A DNA stretch of 64,000 nt from an uncultured Solirubrobacteraceae bacterium (GTDB lineage: Bacteria > Actinomycetota > Thermoleophilia > Solirubrobacterales > Solirubrobacteraceae). Positions 59,909 through 64,000 of the stretch are shown piece by piece. Where the stretch lies: NCBI GenBank assembly GCA_963848475.1, contig CAWKDW010000015.1:70095-134094 (forward strand), in the 5' to 3' direction. Position 1 is the first letter of the stretch. Each line of letters starts with the position of its first letter. The translations under genes were made by a program, and so were the position numbers. The notes under the pieces are model-generated. The model did no database searches. It saw nothing but the letters and a program-made list of their open reading frames with translations, and was not told the DNA's origin.

Positions 59909-60513
59909 CCTTCGACAACGGACCGGACCCGGAGGCGACGCCCCGGGTCCTGGACGTCCTGCGCGAGCGGGGTCTGAAGGCGACGTTCTTCGTGGTCGGG
60001 CGCCAGCTGGAGTCCTACCGGACGCTCACGGCGCGGGCCCAGCAGGACGGGCACTGGATCGGCAACCACACGCTCACGCACCCGCGGCCGCTGGGCATCC
60101 TCGGGGACGGCGCGCGCGCGGAGATCGAAGGGATGCAGGCGCTGCTCGGCCCGCTCGCCGGGCCGGACCGGCTGTTCCGTCCGTCGGGCGCGGGCGGCGA
60201 CCTCGAGCCGGGGCTGCTCAACCAGGCCGCCGTCGGCACGCTGGTCGACGGCGGCTACACGTGCGTGCTCTGGAACGCCGTCCCGCGCGACTGGGAGGAC
60301 CCGGACGGCTGGGTCGAGCGTGCGCTGCGACAGGTCGAGGCGCACGACTGGACCCTGCTCGTCCTGCACGACGTGATCGGTGCGTGCGCCGACCGGCTCG
60401 AGGAGTTCCTCGACCGCGCTGACGACGCGACGTTCCACCAGGACTTCCCGCCCGCCTGCGTGCCGATCCGCGACGGCGCGCTCGTCGGGTCGCTGGACGG
60501 GCTGCTCGGCTGA
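59890..60513 (+). CDS. Polysaccharide deacetylase (NodB/CE4) family protein; start approximate
   Basis: LTFDNGP, KATFFVVG, IGNHTLTH, FRPSG, PRDW, VLHD. Confidence 0.85.
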   Translation, partial: SPDVTLTFDNGPDPEATPRVLDVLRERGLKATFFVVGRQLESYRTLTARAQQDGHWIGNHTLTHPRPLGILGDGARAEIEGMQALLGPLAGPDRLFRPSGAGGDLEPGLLNQAAVGTLVDGGYTCVLWNAVPRDWEDPDGWVERALRQVEAHDWTLLVLHDVIGACADRLEEFLDRADDATFHQDFPPACVPIRDGALVGSLDGLLG

Positions 60514-60523
60514 GCGGCGCTCG

Positions 60524-61552
60524 TCACGACAAGCGGCGCACCCACCAGAAGCAGAAGCCGGTCAGCGCCGCCGCGAGGGCGAGGAAGATCGCCGTCTCGA
60601 TCGCCTGCAGCGTCCAGTAGCGGCTTGCGGGCATGTAGGTCACGCGCTGCCGGTAGCCCGCTTGCTCGAGTCGTTGGAAGCACCCTGGGTCGGCATTCAG
60701 GCCTCCCAGCGGGAGGCCGGCGGGAACGCAGCCCATGACCCACGACGGGAGCGTGTCGACCGCTCGCCCTTGCGCGTCAACCGTGTGGTTGGAGATGTCC
60801 CAGGCGCCGGGCGAGTCGACGGCGATGCGCAGCTCCTTGACCGGCCCCTCGGGGCCTTCGGCCAGGAGGCCCTTGAGGTTCTGTGCCGTGATCGTGGTGG
60901 TGAGTTGCGCGGGACCGAGGTGCGAGCGCACGAGCGGGGGCATGGCGAGCTGGACGGCGACGAAGACCACGAGCGTGATCGCCATCGCGGGCACAGTGCG
61001 ACGGATGACGGCTCCGGCTGCGACGCCGAGGGCGAACGCGAACGCGGTGTAGCCGATCGGCACGATGCCATGGGCGCCGAACGTCGGCGGCGCGATCCGC
61101 GGGTTGCCCAGCCAGGTGCCGTTGCGGATGCCGGCGGCGATGGCGTCGTCGATCGGTCCGGACCACCAGGTCAAGAGCAGGCTGAGCAGCCCGACGCCGA
61201 CCATGGCGGCAAGCCCGATCAACGCGAGCTTGGTGGCCAGCCATCCGGTGCGGGTGACGGTCTGGTTCCACACGAGGCGGTGGGTGCCGGTCTCCAGTTC
61301 GCGGGCGATCAGCGGGGCGCCCCAGAAGATCCCGATGATCGCCGGCGCGGACAGCACCGCGACGAAGGCGACGTTGAACGCGGCGAGCGTCAGGCGCTCG
61401 GTCTGCAGCAGTTCGAAGAACGTGGTCTGGCCGGGCTGCCAGAGGTCGGCGAGCTTTGCGGCGGTCAGCACGAGCAACGCGGCGACGACGACCAGTCCGC
61501 CGAACACGATCGCGCCCTGGGCGCGGAACTGGCGCCACGTCAGCCAGATCAT
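60524..61552 (-). CDS. ABC-2 type transporter permease
   Basis: MIWLTWRQFR, GAPLIARELETGT...WNQTVTR, PASRYWTLQAIE. Confidence 0.88.
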   Translation of the reverse strand: MIWLTWRQFRAQGAIVFGGLVVVAALLVLTAAKLADLWQPGQTTFFELLQTERLTLAAFNVAFVAVLSAPAIIGIFWGAPLIARELETGTHRLVWNQTVTRTGWLATKLALIGLAAMVGVGLLSLLLTWWSGPIDDAIAAGIRNGTWLGNPRIAPPTFGAHGIVPIGYTAFAFALGVAAGAVIRRTVPAMAITLVVFVAVQLAMPPLVRSHLGPAQLTTTITAQNLKGLLAEGPEGPVKELRIAVDSPGAWDISNHTVDAQGRAVDTLPSWVMGCVPAGLPLGGLNADPGCFQRLEQAGYRQRVTYMPASRYWTLQAIETAIFLALAAALTGFCFWWVRRLS

Positions 61553-62443
61553 CGGACCACCTCCATCGCCGGCCGGGTACTGCGCTGTATCGCGCGCTGG
61601 CCCATGTAGGCCAGGACGACGTCCTCGAGGCTGGGCTTGCTCACGGTCCAGTCGGGATCGTGGATCGGGCCATCGGTGCGAATCAGCAACGTGCTCTGCC
61701 GGTCGGTGTGGCTCTCGGCGATGACTTCCTGATTCGCCGGCAGGGTGGCGCTGTCGCGCCGGGGCCCGATCAGCCGGTGATGGGTCGCGAGGACCGTGTC
61801 GAGGTCGCCGGCGAGCTGCACCCGCGAGGCGACCAGCACGACCAGGTGGTCGCAGGTGCGCTCGAGGTCGCGAGACCAGGTGCGAGGAGAGCACGACGCT
61901 CAGCTCGTGCTCGGCGACGGCCTCCATCAGGTCCTGCAGGAACTCGCGCCGCGCGAGCGGGTCGAGGCTGGCGACCGGCTCGTCGAGGAGCAGCAGCTCG
62001 GGGCGCTTGGCGACGCCGAGCGTCAGCGCCAGCTGGGCGCGCTGGCCGCCCGAGAGCTTGCGGGCCTTCTGCTCGAGGTCGAGGCCGAGCCGTTCGATCC
62101 GGCGTTTCGCCAGTCCGCCGTCCCAGCCCGGGTTGAGCTGCTCCCCGAGCCGCAGGTGCTCGCCGATGCTCAGCCCGCCGTAGGTCGGCGTGTCCTGCGC
62201 GACGAAGCCGACCTTGGCCAACTGCGCGGGGCCGTCGGCAGGGCGGCCGCCGAGCACCTCGATCGAGCCCGAGGTCGGTTGCAGCATGCCGACGGCGAGG
62301 TTCAGCAGCGTGCTCTTGCCGGCGCCGTTGGGCCCCACGAGGCCGACCACGCGCCCGGCCGGGATGTCCAGCGTGCAGTCCGACAGCGCGTCGCGGCTGC
62401 CGTAGCGCTTGCCCAGTCCCTGGGACAGGATCGCGGCGCTCAC
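61549..62443 (-). CDS. ABC transporter ATP-binding protein; frameshift near 61872
   Basis: GPNGAGKST, LSGGQ, LLLDEP, SSH; C-terminus SLEDVVLAYM in ORF 61549..61839. Confidence 0.92.
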
Positions 62444-62832
62444 GCTACGTGCCGGTTGGCGGAAGAACGAAAGGTGGCCATGAACAGCGCCTCGATGCTC
62501 TCGTCGTCGAGTCCGGAGAGACGCGCCTTGTTCATCCAGCGCTGCAGGTCCTGGCGAAGCGGCCCGTGCTCGGCGAAGCTCGAGTCCGTCAGCGACTGGG
62601 TGACGAAGGTCCCGAGCCCGGGGCGGGCGGAGACGAGCCCGTCGTGCTCGAGCTCGCGGTAGGCCTTCAGGACCGTGTTGGGGTTGATCGCGAGGATCGC
62701 CACCACGTCCTTGACCGTCGGGAGCTGGTCGCCCTCGCGCAGCAGACCAAGCCGCAGCGCATGCCGGACCTGCCGCACCAGCTGCTGGTAGGGCGAGAGG
62801 CCGGAGCCCGCGTCCAGGTAGAACTCAATCAT
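62440..62832 (-). CDS. YtrA-subfamily GntR regulator
   Basis: PYQQLVRQV...LPTVKD...INPNTVLKAYREL...GLGTFV; heads the ABC operon. Confidence 0.92.
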   Translation of the reverse strand: MIEFYLDAGSGLSPYQQLVRQVRHALRLGLLREGDQLPTVKDVVAILAINPNTVLKAYRELEHDGLVSARPGLGTFVTQSLTDSSFAEHGPLRQDLQRWMNKARLSGLDDESIEALFMATFRSSANRHVA

Positions 62833-62863
62833 TCCCCTATTGTACTAGCACAATAGGGGAATG
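62830..62863. promoter_or_regulatory. YtrA-type operator: 14-bp inverted repeat CATTCCCCTATTGT-actagc-ACAATAGGGGAATG overlapping the regulator start codon
   Basis: Read directly. Confidence 0.8.
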
Positions 62864-63096
62864 CAACATGGCGCCTTCGCGGCGACGCTGTGCTTGAAGG
62901 TCAGTCCTTGGGTGGGACGACCGGCTCGGCCTCGCGGCCGGCCTCGACGTCGCGAGAGCCGGTTGCGGAGGCGATCACGCAGCTCGTCCGGCGTGTAGTC
63001 GGACTGCTCACGGCGGTTGCGGGCGGCGATCGCGCCGCCTGTCGCTGCGACGCCGGCGGCGCCGGCCAGACCGAGGAGTTTCCAACGTGCGCGCAT
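62845..63096 (-). CDS. Small hypothetical membrane-anchored protein (3' end probably earlier)
   Basis: WKLLGLAGAAGVAATG...YTPDELRDRLRNRL. Confidence 0.6.
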   Translation of the reverse strand: MRARWKLLGLAGAAGVAATGGAIAARNRREQSDYTPDELRDRLRNRLSRRRGRPRGRAGRPTQGLTFKHSVAAKAPCCIPLLC

Positions 63097-63117
63097 GGTT
63101 CGCGTAGGTTACTCGCC

Positions 63118-63735
63118 GTGAACGATTCGGCCCTGCCCTTCGACGAGGCGATCGCCACCGCGGCGACCGGCGACATCTGGCTGTTCCGCGGGCGCTCGCT
63201 CGCGGACCGCGCGATCCAAACCATGACCAACAGCCCGATCAACCATGTCGGGATGGTCGTCGCGCTCGAGGACATGCCGCCGCTGCTGTGGCATGCGGAG
63301 CTCGGCAAGTCCCTGCCCGACGCGTGGACGGGAGAGCGCCACCGCGGTGTCCAGTTGCACAACCTCGCCGACGCGGTGCGGACGTGGGACGAGAAGTACG
63401 GGCAGCGCGCGTGGATGCGTCGCTTCGAGGGCCCGCTCACGCGCGAGCACGAGGACCGGCTGATCGAGACGATCGACAAGTACGACGGCAAGCCGTTCCC
63501 GACCACGCCGGGCCTGATGCGCTCGTGGGCGACCGGCCGCGTGCGCCGCCGCGAGGTCTCGCGCGAGACGATCTACTGCGCCGAGCTGGTCGCGGTCACG
63601 TTCCAGAACATGGGCGTGCTGCCCGACAAGCGCCCGATGAGCTGGTACGACCCGGGCAAGTTCTGGTCCGGCGACGCGATCGAGTTCGTCGAGCCGTTCA
63701 CGCTCAGCGGCGAGATCGAGATCACGCCCGGCTGA
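63118..63735 (+). CDS. Permuted papain-like (YiiX/YebB-type NlpC/P60) protein
   Basis: TGDIWLFRG, NHVGMVV (His) and IYCAELV (Cys) in permuted order. Confidence 0.75.
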   Translation: MNDSALPFDEAIATAATGDIWLFRGRSLADRAIQTMTNSPINHVGMVVALEDMPPLLWHAELGKSLPDAWTGERHRGVQLHNLADAVRTWDEKYGQRAWMRRFEGPLTREHEDRLIETIDKYDGKPFPTTPGLMRSWATGRVRRREVSRETIYCAELVAVTFQNMGVLPDKRPMSWYDPGKFWSGDAIEFVEPFTLSGEIEITPG

Positions 63736-64000
63736 TGCGCGCGGTCGGGGTCGGGGTGATCGGTCTGGGCTGGATGGGTCGGGTGCACACCGCCTCGTTG
63801 AGCCGCGTTCCCGAGCACTTCCCCGACCTCGGCGTGACGGCGCGGCTGGTCGTGGCGGCGGACGTGAGCGCCGCAGCGGCGGGCCCATGCCGAACGCGTG
63901 GGCTTCGGGCGCACCGTCGCCGACTGGCGCGCGGTGCTCGACGATCCGCTCGTGGACGCCGTCAGCGTCACGCTGCCCAACGCGCTGCACCGCGAGGTCG
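63735..64000 (+). CDS. Gfo/Idh/MocA family oxidoreductase (partial; frameshift near 63880)
   Basis: VGVIGLGWMGRVH; DPLVDAVSVTLPNALHRE. Confidence 0.85.
   Translation, partial: MRAVGVGVIGLGWMGRVHTASLSRVPEHFPDLGVTARLVVAADVSAAAAGPCRTRGLRAHRRRLARGARRSARGRRQRHAAQRAAPRG

Noticed and set aside
60524-62443. 639-aa ATPase-permease fusion ORF
   Set aside because: A frameshift near 61872 joins two separate genes.
63118-63735. Guanylate cyclase label I recall for homologs
   Set aside because: No cyclase motifs; the His/Cys arrangement fits a permuted papain-like amidase.

Overview
Very GC-rich actinobacterial DNA, most likely Thermoleophilia (Solirubrobacter-like, judged from recalled sequence signatures, not a search). 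It holds about 70 densely packed genes. About 20 genes carry single-base frameshifts, which look like long-read consensus indels rather than real pseudogenes. I found no rRNA, tRNA, CRISPR, prophage or transposase. The main discovery is in the first ~24 kb, a membrane/stress island (M20 dipeptidase-AbgT-SLC13, two LPG-synthase-TM proteins, a baeRF release-factor homolog, glutaminase-STAS, TMEM175, SulP, GAP, two DUF7144-like proteins, two small paralogous proteins, a degenerate CarH-like protein) around a MalT-like LuxR regulator. Almost every promoter in the island has the same 17-bp palindrome, TCRYCC-N5-GGRYGA. Most have a second half-site exactly 24 bp downstream and a NANNNT -10 box at +39/+40, and several have an apparently leaderless start codon at +51 to +53. 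A further copy at 46.2 kb precedes an unannotated 27-aa ORF. Other highlights are two candidate sRNAs with anti-Shine-Dalgarno motifs, a membrane protein with two PmoC-like D-x3-H...H motifs, a large unknown domain fused to a cNMP-binding domain, a WxL-like C-terminal domain on an M1 peptidase, and two convergent MetE-like enzymes beside a GntR and a ring-cleaving dioxygenase. The rest is housekeeping or accessory metabolism (gndA, pta-ackA, DsbA/VKOR, LigD ligase domain, YaaA, ABC exporter).
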